Assembly (NCBI RefSeq): GCF_040938485.1
Contig: NW_027270975.1
Span: 1,178,001 to 1,242,000, forward strand
Reading direction: 5' to 3'
DNA length: 64,000 nucleotides
DNA from: Diadema antillarum
Lineage: Eukaryota
Shown here: one piece after another, positions 39,640-52,388 of the stretch
How the letters are laid out: each line of letters starts with the position of its first letter
How positions within the stretch are numbered: the first letter of the stretch is position 1
Notes under the pieces: model-generated
The model's input: only the letters and a program-made list of their open reading frames with translations
Database searches by the model: none
Told to the model about the DNA's origin: nothing
Made by a program: the position numbers and the translations under genes

Positions 39640-40260
39640 TACATACAAGCACCAAAGAACATTTGAAGAAAAGTACAGAAGATGATGTTCATGAAAATTC
39701 CTCTAGAGAGGACCAACTATGATAGGTGTTCAATCCATTGTTTTTTCAGCCCTTCCTCTTAATACTCAACAGTTTTGACAAATGGCATAGATAGGATGAG
39801 CAGGGAGATGAGGTTCACCTCCTTGGGATGAGTGAGGCTTAGGAAAGCATTTATAGAGTGTGAAGGATTCTGAAAGAGGCAATTGAGGCCTTGTTGTTAC
39901 TGGTAGAGGCATTTTAACAAGATTATGAGTAGATCATGTAGAGTGAGAAATGAGATGGATAAAGATGTTTCCTGGTGGACTGAAAAGATGATGTTGATAG
40001 AGAAACTGGTGGATAGAGAGGGATTAATGAATAATGGATGGTAGGGGTTGGTGAGGATGGTAAAGATGGCTTTCACACTAGAATAACAAAACTTGTTTGT
40101 ACACTTGGACTTGAATGCATATTTTGCTACTTGACCATTTTTTGTTCTGTTTTGCTTTTTGTCTTTGGTTAGACTGAATTCCAATTGAATTGCATTAATT
40201 CCAAACAAGTTTCTGATGTCAAATGTGACCAATCATGTTCTGGACGTACTTCCAATCAGC
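39640..40260 (-). mobile_element. Degraded L2-like LINE fragment (pre-RT and RT start)
   Basis: Translation with stops ...LLIILLKCLYQ*...SINAFLS...MPFVKTVEY*EEGLKNNGLNTYHSWSSL parallels the L2 pattern P.WLLK.CL / IIN.SL / V.PLLKK..LD...L.NYRPVSNL. Confidence 0.5.
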
Positions 40261-41206
40261 CTTTACTCGGGTGTGTGTTTATAATATCTTAATGATTTGA
40301 CTTTTTAAACTCAATTATAGGGTAGAGCCAAGCTTGACCTTGTTTTAACTCCTGCCTTAGTGTGTAATATAAATATGTGTGTGCATGTACTTCTGCATGT
40401 ATTCATTAATAAAGCCTATAAAGAGTTTTATCTTTGACAAGCCAAGGTGTTAGTGATACAGTCATTCTATGTGGAGTGCCTGCATGCAGACTGATGGTGA
40501 GACTTATATCTGTGACCACACTGTCACTATCCCCAAACAGGTTTAGTTATACATTACAAAACATATTTGTAAACTTTTTTTGAATATTATTTCTACAGTG
40601 TGAACCTGGTAGAGATGGTGCTGTCTTATGACTGTCACCTCTAAGATATGAGAAGTCCTGTATGCTTCTGACAAAGGTGCACATAATGGCTCCTTGATCT
40701 AGCTGGAATGCCATAAACACTAAATCTGATTACACAGTTTGATCTGTGAAAGATCTGATCACATTGATCCTCTGTTGTTCATCTTCCCTTTTAAAGGCTT
40801 AGAAGACCATAAAGCAGGATAAACCTTCAATTTGTAAGCTCGCATAAAAATATTGTTACTAGAGCTTGCAGCCAATTGTCAACATAAACCATGATATACC
40901 TTTGCCAATGAAAATGTCGGTGAATTCTGCTAAGATTGCTGTATCATGCTATTTTAGATTAACTGTACATAAAGATGCATGATATACATGTAGGTATTGT
41001 GTGCAGATTTTCTTTCCTTGCTGTCAAATCATCCTGGAGACCATTGAATGATTTCATAAGATCAGATAGACGAAGTACTAGACATTTGTTCCAATTTTAT
41101 CATATCACTATAAAGCGCTGTGACTATTTAGTAGCACTGTAGCAGTGGGCAATGAGTTCAATCCCATGTGTCTTGTGATAGCTCAGACATATCAACTAAC
41201 TTAAAA

Positions 41207-42062
41207 GGCGTGTCTTCATCAGCCCGAAGTTTCAAAATAGCGCGCTATCTTGCAGTTATCAAACTAGTCCGATGTCAAAATAGCGCGCTATCTGTGTAGT
41301 GAAGACGCAAATAGCTATTTGATCGGGAAAATTTTCCCCCAAATCTTGGTCTAGTTCGTCAACTAGAGCGCTAATTTGTGAAATAGCGCGCTATTTTGGG
41401 TGCGTCTCCATCAGTCCAAAATTTTCTCGATCCCTCACCGCTTCTGGTTAGCCAGCTGGCAATGGAAAGCGTATGTACAAGCTAGTCATTGCTAGTGATT
41501 GTGTATAGTACATTACACGCACGGTGTATTCAAGGATCACAATATAGGCCTACTGTTGTTGTCATCTTTAAAACCAGGGAGGCGATTTCTCTTACCTCCC
41601 TATTAAAACTCAGTGCCGAGCATGCTAGCTGTTTTTTTGTAAACTTCTTCTTCTGGTCCACTCTACCTTAGCTGAAGATTCTTGCAGATTGTGTGCATTT
41701 TGGATTTGTTAAAACATTGCAATTCGTTAATTTCATATTTAAGATGCCTCACTGGACAGAAGAAAAAGTAGCATTAATAATATCCCTTTGGAGAGAATTT
41801 GCTGTACTGCTCACCCCTCCCCCACCCCCCTGGTTGTAGAATCGTACATACGGTGATATAGGAGATTTTGAGCGGGGAAATCCACTTTCGAACCGCGAGC
41901 CAGGCAGAGTGATATTGCAAAGTGTGCATGCGTCAATTTTCGGACTAATTTCCCGATGCAGGCTGTTCGAGCTGATGAAGACGCACATTCGCTGTATCGG
42001 GCTATTTTTTAAGACCGCAAAATGTCCCGCTAGTTTGAACTTCGGGCTGATGAAGACACGCC
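41207..42062. mobile_element. 856-bp non-autonomous TIR transposon (Harbinger-like architecture)
   Basis: 25-bp perfect TIR ggcgtgtcttcatcagcccgaagtt / aacttcgggctgatgaagacacgcc. Repeated palindrome atagcgcgctat at ~41237, ~41280 and ~41384. TTAA-like flanks; TSD unresolved. Confidence 0.88.
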
Positions 42063-43694
42063 TTAAGAGAATAGCTGGAAACATTTGTTATTGTAAGCCT
42101 TTCCTTGACAGACTATTGAACAGCACTTCAGTTGCACAGAAGGAAGTAGGTGATGTTTCTCATTTTCTTACCAGTGATCTTACTAAAGATATTGGTTTGT
42201 ATAATTCTAATTCAATCAAATGTAAGCTATTTTTAAGGCAAACCTATTTTATTGATATCTTGCAAGTAGAGAGGTTTTTTTTTGGTCTTGTTTTGTCTTA
42301 TTTTGTTTTGTTTTGTTTTTTGCTTGGGAAATCTTCATTTAACTCAAAACTGTAGGTTCTCTTATAGCTGGAAACGACATTTACTGTCTGAATTTTAGAC
42401 TATTATTCACCCACAAATCTAAGGGTAAATGTCAGACCCCCTGATTACATAATCTGTGCCCTATCAGCTGCAGAATGTAGAATCTGAAGAGACTGTCTGC
42501 AGCCTTCCCCTACCCCCCCCCCCCCAATTCCCTCAAGGTTGTCAAGACCAGTGAAAACAAACAGATAATCCTCCCACATTTTATTGGATTGACCTCAGCT
42601 GACCTTATCCTGAGCAGGTAAAGTTCAGTGAACCACCTGAGATGCAGAAACAACAATCACTTCTCCCACACCCCATGCATGCTTTACACGGGAGCTTTCT
42701 TCAGGCTTTTCATGGTATATGGATGTAGGCCTACATCTTTGTAATTACACATCTAAAACACATTAACTATTCTTGGAGACTGCAAACCACAAACAACATG
42801 CCACACTATAACTGTGTCACAAATTGCATCACAAATTTGAAGATAAGAAAAGGTGTACATCTCTGCCAGTGAATGTATCTAGAAACATGCTTACGATATC
42901 ATCGAAGTCTTCATTAATACCATGGAGCTATGTAGCTCCGTGTTAACACCCAGCTACTTACATTTTCAACTTGTAGTGAGCTTCGTGATTATATATCCAT
43001 CTTCCTGTCACAGTAATGTGGCTATTGTGCCATTATAGCATGATAATGATATGTGAATATTATCTTCTTCTCCCATATTACCAGAAATTTGCTGCATGTC
43101 ATGAAGGTATCTGAATCAGCAATTTAGTGAAACTCTGTAGGCTAAAAATTATAAATATGCTTGATTTTCTCCCTTTTCCACTACAGAACTGTATTGAAAG
43201 ACAGGTCAAAGCACTTCTTTGAACAATAGTATAGTTTCACTAGCAGTGATCAGAAGAAAAATACTGGTATATAAAAGATTTCTAACAGTTGTTGTGGATC
43301 ATACCATTTTATCAAGAATTTGAGCTTAGTAATTCCAAGTTTCCTTGTGATGAAGTGCCTCTTGGCATGCTTGCTGCCTCAATATCTGGATTAGCCTCAT
43401 TCTTTAGGAATTTCATTATGATTAGTTGGATCATTCCTACAAAGAGGATTATATTGGAAAATTCGAATTGCACACTATGTGGTGCACCACTGTGATGTGT
43501 GTGTGTGTGTGTTTCTGTGTGTGCGAGTGTATGTGTGTTTAAAAAGCTTGTTACGGACAACATACAGTTGTATCCCTGGCTTGCTAGTAATAAACTCTTG
43601 CAGCCAGATATTGTGAGAGATTTAACAGTTCGTGGAACGTCAAACGAATGTCTCAAAGCTTTCAATCACAAATGAAAGTAGCTGATATCTTTAT

Positions 43695-43779
43695 CCCATT
43701 GAAGACTGGCTGATTTTGATACAGCACATATTTCCCATAGACACTTGCCTGAGTATACTTGGGACTCATCCTCAATGGG
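43695..43779 (-). mobile_element. 85-bp piggyBac-type micro-MITE, copy 3 (inverted)
   Basis: Reverse-complement match to 17654-17738. Flanks TTAT / TTAA. CpG sites converted to TpG/CpA. Confidence 0.85.
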
Positions 43780-44196
43780 TTAATTAACACTTATTGTATC
43801 TATGCAGGGTAAATGAATATTAGTTACCTGAATGATCAATATTGATGATCTTTGAAATTTATCAAAGAGGCATATCTGGTAGCATCAATTTGATAGCGTT
43901 TATGGAAGAATGAAAATGGCATGTACATGTATGATGTTTGTTGTTTTTACCCAGTATTCATCAAGAAATCATATCTCTATTTTCAGATAAACATCTTTTT
44001 TCAATTTTCAGCATATTGTTTCCTGATGAAATGGTGACATGTCTATTTGTTATGTAGTAGTTTAAATTCTCCTGTGCAAATGATCTGTAGTGAGTTGTCT
44101 AAAGGTTTCATCATGCATGCAGAATCACTTAAAATTATTGAGTGTGCATTGTACCATGTAGAGTAGAAAGCAATTAATTTGTTATTTATAGCTCAT

Positions 44197-44242
44197 GCAT
44201 ATATGACATTTATGCTAACGCATATATGACATTTATGCTAAC
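44197..44242. repeat. Perfect 23-bp tandem duplication
   Basis: gcatatatgacatttatgctaac x2. Confidence 0.95.
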
Positions 44243-44303
44243 ACATACTGAACATAGTGGTGTATGCCAGCCACATAGTAGATTTACATGTAAAGCAAAA
44301 ACT

Positions 44304-44535
44304 GTTACGTTCAGACAGTGATCCTTAACCTCAAGGATAAGTTCTATGGGGCACCAAGTGTCCCACGGTTGATTTCGTTATGAAATCAGTAATTGAATCA
44401 GTCATTTTATCAATCATTTCATCAAAGGAATGAGTAATTTCATAACAAAATTGACTGTGTGACACTTGGCACCCCATGGAACTTATCCTCGAGGTTAGCT
44501 GTCCTCAAGGTTAATGATCACCATCTGAACATAAC
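44304..44535. mobile_element. 232-bp fold-back MITE related to the 2167-2943 element
   Basis: Same termini (gttacgttcagac / tctgaacataac) and decayed taacctcgagg motifs. The ~85-bp arms form a near-complete hairpin. Confidence 0.8.
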
Positions 44536-46694
44536 AAGTGAATAACTAATGGATTTAGAAATTTGATTAATTCTGAAATGAATTACAAGCTTTCAGTTGT
44601 CCAGATATTTCTGTGGCTCAGGTTGGGAATAGTTGACCTGGATGGATTTCAGTTTACGGTCATTTCCAGAGGCAATATTTAACTCACTGCTTAGCAATCC
44701 TATCAAGGAGCTTCAATTACTCCACGTAGAGGTCAGCAATGATGAGACCAGAACACAGATCTATGATATGAAATGCCTTCTTTAATTTTGAACTCTCAAA
44801 CCACATTTTGTGTAAAATCATGTCAAACAACAACCACAGTGTTTTGTTTAATAAGATGAGATGCATTATGTGGATCACTGTGAGATATGTACAAATGTAA
44901 ACTGTCACCATATTACCTTATATAGATAAAGTCACAGACATTCAAATGGAGAAAACTATAAAATTATGTGATTAGCTGAAAATATGAGATAATAGATATC
45001 AGTTTGAAAAGCAAAAGGTATAGATATTTTGTACCCTTTGCCTAAATTTGAAAGTCAACGAGTGTTTTGAAATAGGAATTTTTTGTTTCTGAAGCAAGTT
45101 GACAGGTGTTTCACACAACCCAATGTGTTTGAATGTCTAATCTTTGATATCCATACTTGATGACATGCAAACTTTAGAGTTGATCTTCTGAACATTATGC
45201 TCAGGTAACGACTTTTTTATTCTTTCTGTAGAAATTTTTTTGGGATCAGGTAGGAAAAGTTCGCATCTTTGGAACTCTTGGAATCTTGGAAAATGTTATA
45301 GTACCAAAATAAGAAACTTGATATTCAGTGATCTCATGAGGTATTTCTTGCTCACAAATTTAAAGTCAAGGAATTTCCGTTTTATGTCTCGCTTACCATA
45401 CAGAAACATTTCGTGACATCTCAACAATCGAGATGTGTCATCCAAGTGCTGTCTTTGTTCCAGTTGCCTTTAAATATGGACAACATTTTAGGGCCAATGA
45501 ATCGTTCTCACAAAGAAGGGCTCCCCTTGTTATCTTTACATTGTGCTCTTTGTTCACATGGTTGCCTCACTTTATGGTGGGCAAAGTTTGCATTTTTATT
45601 TGTTACTCAAATGCAATGGTAAACAACATTAGATGATAAACAATAGAAGGCAATAAATCTTAGCGTGTTGTGTTCCCCTGATCCCTACCCATAATGTTTG
45701 TGATGATTTATAGGGCATGTCTGTGTGGATTTTAGATGCCAAGAAAACAGCAAGCTATTCATCATGTTCCTACTTTTGTGTAATTTCTCTTCAGGAATAT
45801 GTGGGTTTTCAAATAAATCTGCATGGAGAAGGATAGCATAGGTCCTATTACAGACGTTTGATAATCAAACCATATAGATATATATTTTGGTATATCTGTT
45901 AACAAATTATTTGATATGAATATTGTGTAGTCTTTCAAAGATTAGATGAGGGAAAAATACCAGTGATTTATCAGAAGAATCAAAAAGAAGTTCATCAAGT
46001 CGCTCAATACGAGCTCACAAACTGAGAATGTAGAGAGGACATGGCTTTGCCATACACTGCTAGTAGGAATGGAATGCTATGCATGTGTGCTAAACAGTTG
46101 TACAATTTCTGCATTACTAGGTCCCCCTAACGGTAATATCTGGAGTAGCTCTGTGAATTGCGACTGTTGCGACTTTCTCCCTCATTCTAAAAACGTGCAC
46201 TTGCAAACAACTTCCCTCTCTTGGGGTTGCCTAGGTTTCTTCTAATTGGAGCCTCGGATGGGAAGGGCTCTGAGAAAAGGAAAAAAAAAATCACCATGAG
46301 TCAGAAGTTTGGTAAATAGTCGTCTGTATTGATCGGATGAACAGCAGGCTGATCGTAGCCTTTAACAAGAAAGAAATAGGGAGGGGATTTCAAGCAAAAG
46401 GTGTGTAATGGATCTTGCGGAGTGAAAAGAAGTGGTGGAGAGGTGTTCAAACAGTGTCTGAAGGTAATAACTCTCGGTTGTAACGAGAATCAATTCATGA
46501 TTTATTGTTTATAAATGGTAAGAAAGATACATTTCAATACATGTATCACTGCACTGCTGGTTAAACACCAATAATTGATAGACTAACTTTGTTACAGGAA
46601 GAAAAGCTTGAAAACATGATAATTTACTTTCAACATGGAATTATTACCCAAAGTGAGAAAGCAAATACCAAGTTGATTACTCACTTGTATTTTA

Positions 46695-47095
46695 TGGGAA
46701 TGAAGCCAAAATATAAGTGTGTATTGAGTAAATGCAGAAATATAAGATGAAATACATCAGTGAAGTTTGAGGAAAATCAGATGATCTTTTTAAAAGTAAT
46801 TGATTTTTCAAAGTTTTAGTACGGTAGTTTTAGTACTTGATAAGAAGACTACCAAAATTTGTGATGCCACAGTTGGACAACAGTAAGAAGAAAAAAGAAA
46901 AATTTCAATAATTTTCATTTTTCCATCATAATGAATGAGCACTTGGCTCTTTCAGAAGGCAGGAGGAATAATATTATCCTCAACATATGTCAATAACAAA
47001 TGCAGGAAATGTGTACTTTTCATAAAAAAGTGAAATTTTGTAGGATTTTCTTTATATTTTCATTATATCTTTGTTCAACTGTAACATCACAAATC
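46695..47095. mobile_element. Degenerate partial copy of the Kolobok-type family at 35407
   Basis: Shares catcagtgaa(a)gtttgaggaaaat and gaaggcagg..gaataatatta...aaatgtgtacttt blocks with 35407-35975. Ends eroded. Confidence 0.55.
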
Positions 47096-48310
47096 GACTC
47101 TATGTGACAGGCAGAAAGGATGCAGATTTGTCATGTTTACGTGCCATGCTGAAAGACAGGACAACAAAGATGACTGCATATTTGACAGAAAGGGAGTGAT
47201 AAATGATGGTAATTTGACAAACATTCTGCACCTAGAGAATGCAGCTATCCAGAGCACCCTCAGAATGAACATCATGTGTATAGTATGGTATAGTAGCAAG
47301 AGGGGGTGAATGAATGAAATTGCTTTGAGTAGATCTAGTGTACCATGTAATGGTGGAAAGTACAATTTAAGTTTGTTTTAATTGTCTTGTATTTTTAATT
47401 TATCCTTTGAATTTAAAAATGGCATCTGAATACTATATTCTGTGAGAATGAGAAGCACACTGTAGGGGAAAATGATGTCACCATCTAGATAACAGACAGT
47501 GCCACACAGGTTGTAATTGTGAAGGGAAACTGGAGAAAAATTGAAAGCTTTGTACCCCACGCTGGTACTACATGCATCATGAATTTTTTTGCCATTTTTT
47601 TTTTTAAATCTCACAACACTTCAATGGAAAGAGAAGCAGAAGACACAAGGGAGGCAAAACCAAATTTGCATACTTAGCAAACAGGCTTTGGCAGTATCCT
47701 CAGTATGAAAACGGAGCTCAAACTATAAGTCTTTCCATTACCAATGTGATATAAGCTACAGAACATCATGCTTCATTTTGGAGTGTCCCCGGGGCTTTTG
47801 TGCACTTTTTCTTCCCTATCGAAATCTCAAAGTGGAGTAATAGTAAACGTGTATGCTTCTCAATCAGTGTGAGCACAATCTGCTCGTAGATGTATTAAGA
47901 TAAGCACATGAAATTGATACTATGAGAAGTATTCTGCAAAATATTTGCCCGGTGGTGGAAATAACCCCATCCCTATCAAGGCTTCGTGTGCGAAGCATTC
48001 AGCAAACGGATAATTACAATGTTTGCAGATGTGTTCACACAAATGCACACGCACACATATATGCAAGAGTTTTGTCAGTCTCACATCCCTGCTCACACTC
48101 CAAGCTTTTCCGTCTTGCTTGACCCACCTCCCAAAACCAGGCTTCTGGGCCATGCAATCATGCTCAGGGCCTCCAGTGTAATCACACATATACTCCTTTT
48201 GGCATGCCAGAGTTTCTCCCTATAGCTCTGACTTGTCAAGCATCTGAAAAATCATTTTGACAAGGGTAGCACCTTTTTGTCTCCTGACTATAAAGATTGA
48301 TCATAAATTA

Positions 48311-48534
48311 CTGTATATGCCATATATTTAGCGAGTCTAAATTTTTGCGAATCGGGACTTCCCAACGATTTCACGAGTGGGTAAATTCACGATCATGGAG
48401 TAATGTACTGTATGGAGAAATGTATACGTGTATATATCAGAGTCATTATTTTCGCGGTCTTTAATTTTGCGAATAGCACCTGACTTGCTAAATTCACAAA
48501 AATAAAAACCTTGCGAAATATTTGGCGTATACAG
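48311..48534. mobile_element. 224-bp Tc1/mariner-type MITE
   Basis: TA flanks at 48309-48310 and 48535-48536. 25-bp TIR with 4 mismatches (ctgtatatgccatatatttagcgag vs ctgtatacgccaaatatttcgcaag). Confidence 0.8.
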
Positions 48535-49409
48535 TAGTCGGCACCTTCCATATGCAGCACTTGATATCTTATCCCATTCTTGCTGAGAAAAAGTAACTTA
48601 CTACAGATATCATACATAGCATGTGATGACTTCTTTAAGTACTGGCTCAAGAGAATACCATGTCTATAAGTAATCTATTGCTGGGAGCCATGTTTCATTA
48701 AACTTCTAATCATTGATTATTATAGCAATCTAGTCTGAAATCTTTGATGTTTTTTTGAATGTGTTCTGATTTTGTCATACACAATATGAGATTATTTGAG
48801 TCTACCATAGCCTTGTAGGATAAGTATTATATTTTAGATAGTGGTGTTATAAAATAAGTGATAGGTTGCAATATAATCAATATCAAACACTGTGAGAATC
48901 TCATCGGCATTTGGCTGAATGAAGCCGTGACAATAATGTTGATACCCTGTGACTCATGGAAAAACATGCAAAAATATTTTAATGACTGGTATTAATTGTA
49001 TATGGGCATGATATATCTCTGTCTTAATGATGGATCATTTGCCTTTCCAGGGTGGTGTAGGTTGAAAACTGCACCTACCTTTGATATATGACTCACACAG
49101 TATTGTGAGTCAGAATAAAAGAAGTTTGTGATCTTGTGGATGGGTCACAAAAATGACTGAATATTTTTTCTTTTCATCCCACAACGAGGATTTTCTTAAT
49201 GACTATTCTTTAATATTACATTTAGGGGGTGGAATTATCAGTAAAATTGAAAACACTTAAGAGTGGAAAGAAGATTGAAAATGTCAGTCCCAATTCTTTG
49301 AGTTTATATGAATGTTGAATAGGTTTCCAGGTGTATACTAATGGGTACTTTTCTGGTTTAGATACTGCTGTATATCCCTCATCCAAATTGGTAAATTCAC
49401 TGAGCAAAT

Positions 49410-49656
49410 GAAGGGTTTGTGTGCAAAAACCGATTAGTCCATTTTTGAAGATTTTGAAGTATGATCTCTGTCATAAAGAACAAAATAATACCTTTTAAAT
49501 TATATATTGGTCACTACATATAAAGGTATATTGTTTAAGTTATGGTCAAAAGAAGCAAAAATTTTCTTATTATTCTCTTTATTTTTCTTGACCTTTAATC
49601 CCAAATATCTCCATTTGGCAAATATGGACTTATCGGTTTTTGCAAACAAACTCTTC
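49410..49656 (-). mobile_element. 247-bp Sola-like MITE, copy 2 (inverted relative to 8247)
   Basis: TSD AAAT at 49406-49409 and 49657-49660. Same TIR and internal sequence as 8247-8495 in the opposite orientation. Confidence 0.85.
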
Positions 49657-52370
49657 AAATCACCATTTCTAACAACATTGAAACCCTCTATTCACTGCTA
49701 ATACTATATACACTCTTTATTTAATGTGTTTTTTTTCTCTCATTTTTTTCTTTTGTGAATTTCAACCTAAATTCATGAAATCAGCAACTGGCATACCCAT
49801 TGTCTCCTGAAATACCAATGTACCATATTTTATCTTCAAAGTAGGAAATTCACTTACTTCTCTTTTGTTTCCCATTCCTTCCTTATTTTTCTCCATCACA
49901 AATAAAATCATTATTGCTTTGCATATCCTAATATCTAGATCTTCAGTGAAAGATATGAACTTGAAAAAGTATGTACTTTCTTTTCTTTTCTTTCTTTCTT
50001 TTTTTTTTTTTTTGGCTGAGTGTATGTTGACATCAATGAATGACCCTCCAGGAGATACTATGGAGGAATGCTGTGCTACAGATCATACATACACGGTCAT
50101 ATCTGTACCCATGAGAAACCAGTATGCTGCCCTCTGAGTTTAAAGACAATACAGTGTTAGCATCAGTCAGTAGGGAGGATGACACTCTTATCACTAGGTT
50201 TGTGCTTGTATGGGGGGGGGGGGGGGTGTATAGTGTTGTTGGTTAGGAGTCTAAAATGATGTTTTGGCTGTGCTTATCTATCAGTCTTTGTATTGGACTT
50301 TGACTGTCATGTGCTAATACATTTATTGGGTAATATGTTGATGGTGTGTGTTCAAAGTCTCATAATTGTATTAATGATGTGAAATGTATTGGATAAGTAT
50401 ATTGACAACAACATGTGCTATGTGCATGGTCGTAGAATACCTAGACTTCGAACACTAGCAGCCTATGATATCTTTGAAACTGGAAATTTTGGAAGTGTTC
50501 TTTTCTGTGTGTGTGTGTTATTAGGAAAGTAAGTTATCATCTTTTAATATCTATATCTTTATGATTGTTTTTTTGTGCATATTTTTGGTCTCTCGAGGTA
50601 ATTCACTCATTACTGATATACTATGGATGTCCGATTGTGTCATTGTCGACCTGAGGCTTGAGTGGAATATCACAAGTGCGTGTCCTGTAACTGTATGCAT
50701 TATGCATTAAGTCGTCTTCACAAAGTTGTACTTCAGCCTTTCTGTAAACTGTCTCTTACCACAAAACTCCTACTGAGCTAGTCTTTGTCAAGGCTCATAT
50801 GGGCCTTACTTCCCAGTTGTGAACACAATTCAAAGAGCTAAGCAGCCGACATAATGTGTTTGAATCTGACATCTTTTTTGTTGTTGATGAAGCAATATTG
50901 TTAGATAATTAAAGTTGGTAAAATGTTGTTTCAAATTCCATATTAGTGTCATTACATCATACAAAATGATTTGCTTGTGACAAAATTTAGATGTGAGTCA
51001 TTTTTTTGCTGCAAAAGTCTATGTAGGCCTATACTTGAATATAGAGTTAAAATTCAAAGATGAGCTAATTTATTTACTTCAAAAACTAACCCTGGATGCA
51101 ACTAGATCTGATGGACCAGCTTTACAAATAAAGATGACTAGAACTTGCTGAAGACCATGCATTTGCAAAACTTCGAATGGGGATAGTTATTTTTAGGATA
51201 GTTAATTTTGTGTATATGTTTCTAAGGGGATCATGTGTAGCAGTATTGTTAAGGGATAGCTATTAATCTATTTTGTCTAAACCTGCTTTAAATACAGCAT
51301 CTGTCTATCTCACTGAAACATTAATTTCTTAGTTCTAAACTTCAAGTACATGTTCAGTGTTTTCCACTATTTATACATTTTGGTCACTGCCAGATAATCA
51401 CACAATCAGCCGGCGCTCTGAATACTGCATAAAACAGCCTCCACAAACTCCTCTGACCCACACATGGAAATACAACACAGACAATGCTCTAAAACTTTTG
51501 TGTTACCTTGTTCCCTGTTTTTAGTTTAACAGAAGCTGTCAGACATAGTGTTATTTCCTATATTTAGATCATCAGGAGGCATGGTTCACCCTGATACAAT
51601 GAGGTTAGAGAAATAAACTGGTAGCTGTGCAGGAATTGTAAATATTCCTTGCCCCTAGTGAAACAAGCCATTCATTCCATTTCTTGCTGACCTAAATATA
51701 GCATTGACTTGGTGGCTGGGGGAGAGAGCATGACCATGACTGACTCTTCACTCTGTTGTGCATGAAAAGTTGCACATACTTTGATTGGACTCAGTTCTTT
51801 TTATTTGTCTCTGTTTGTCTCTCTCCTTACCTCTCTTTCTCTCTGAGAGCTTTCAGATTTTGAGCAGAAGAACTTGTTTGTAAACATGTTTAGAAACACA
51901 TTTTATACTAATCAACTCATATTAGTATGTCTGAAAGTAACTCAGAATCCCACTTGTCCCAACATGATTCACAAATTATATTCGGTCACTGGTTGTCAGG
52001 AGGAATGTTTTAATGTAGTTCTGTTGAAAGTACAATTGAAAAGATCATGACAAGCTTGATATTGTATTCACTTCCACCATAAGATGTGCATTTATGCATG
52101 CATACTACTTGCATTCAAGAGTATAGAGTTGCAAGGTGATGGAGTTTAGGGTATAGGTATAGGGTACAGCAGTCTGGCGGTTGTCATGGTGAGTCATTGA
52201 AATGTATGACCACTAGTTTTCACTCTGTTTACAATACACCCTTTGGGAAATGTGATAACAGATAGCTTCTTTGTTAAACTCTTAAATGCTTCTTTGTTTT
52301 TGTTTCTCTGTTTCCATCTGTTTGTATGTCTGTCTGTCTGTGCTTCCCTCCATTTCTTTCTCTCTCATAG

Positions 52371-52388
52371 GAGTGGAAGTTTGTTTTG
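52371..52388 (+). CDS. Candidate 18-nt microexon (EWKFVL if phase 0)
   Basis: Long pyrimidine tract ending ctctcatAG and donor TTG|GTATGT. Length is a multiple of 3. Lies 620 nt upstream of the basic exon at 53009. Confidence 0.25.

Noticed and set aside
45433-45636. ORF with GPCR-like TM6/TM7 words (FTWLPHF, ICYSNAMVN)
   Set aside because: The spacing between the motifs is far too short for a 7TM protein, there is no NPxxY, and no flanking GPCR sequence. Likely chance.
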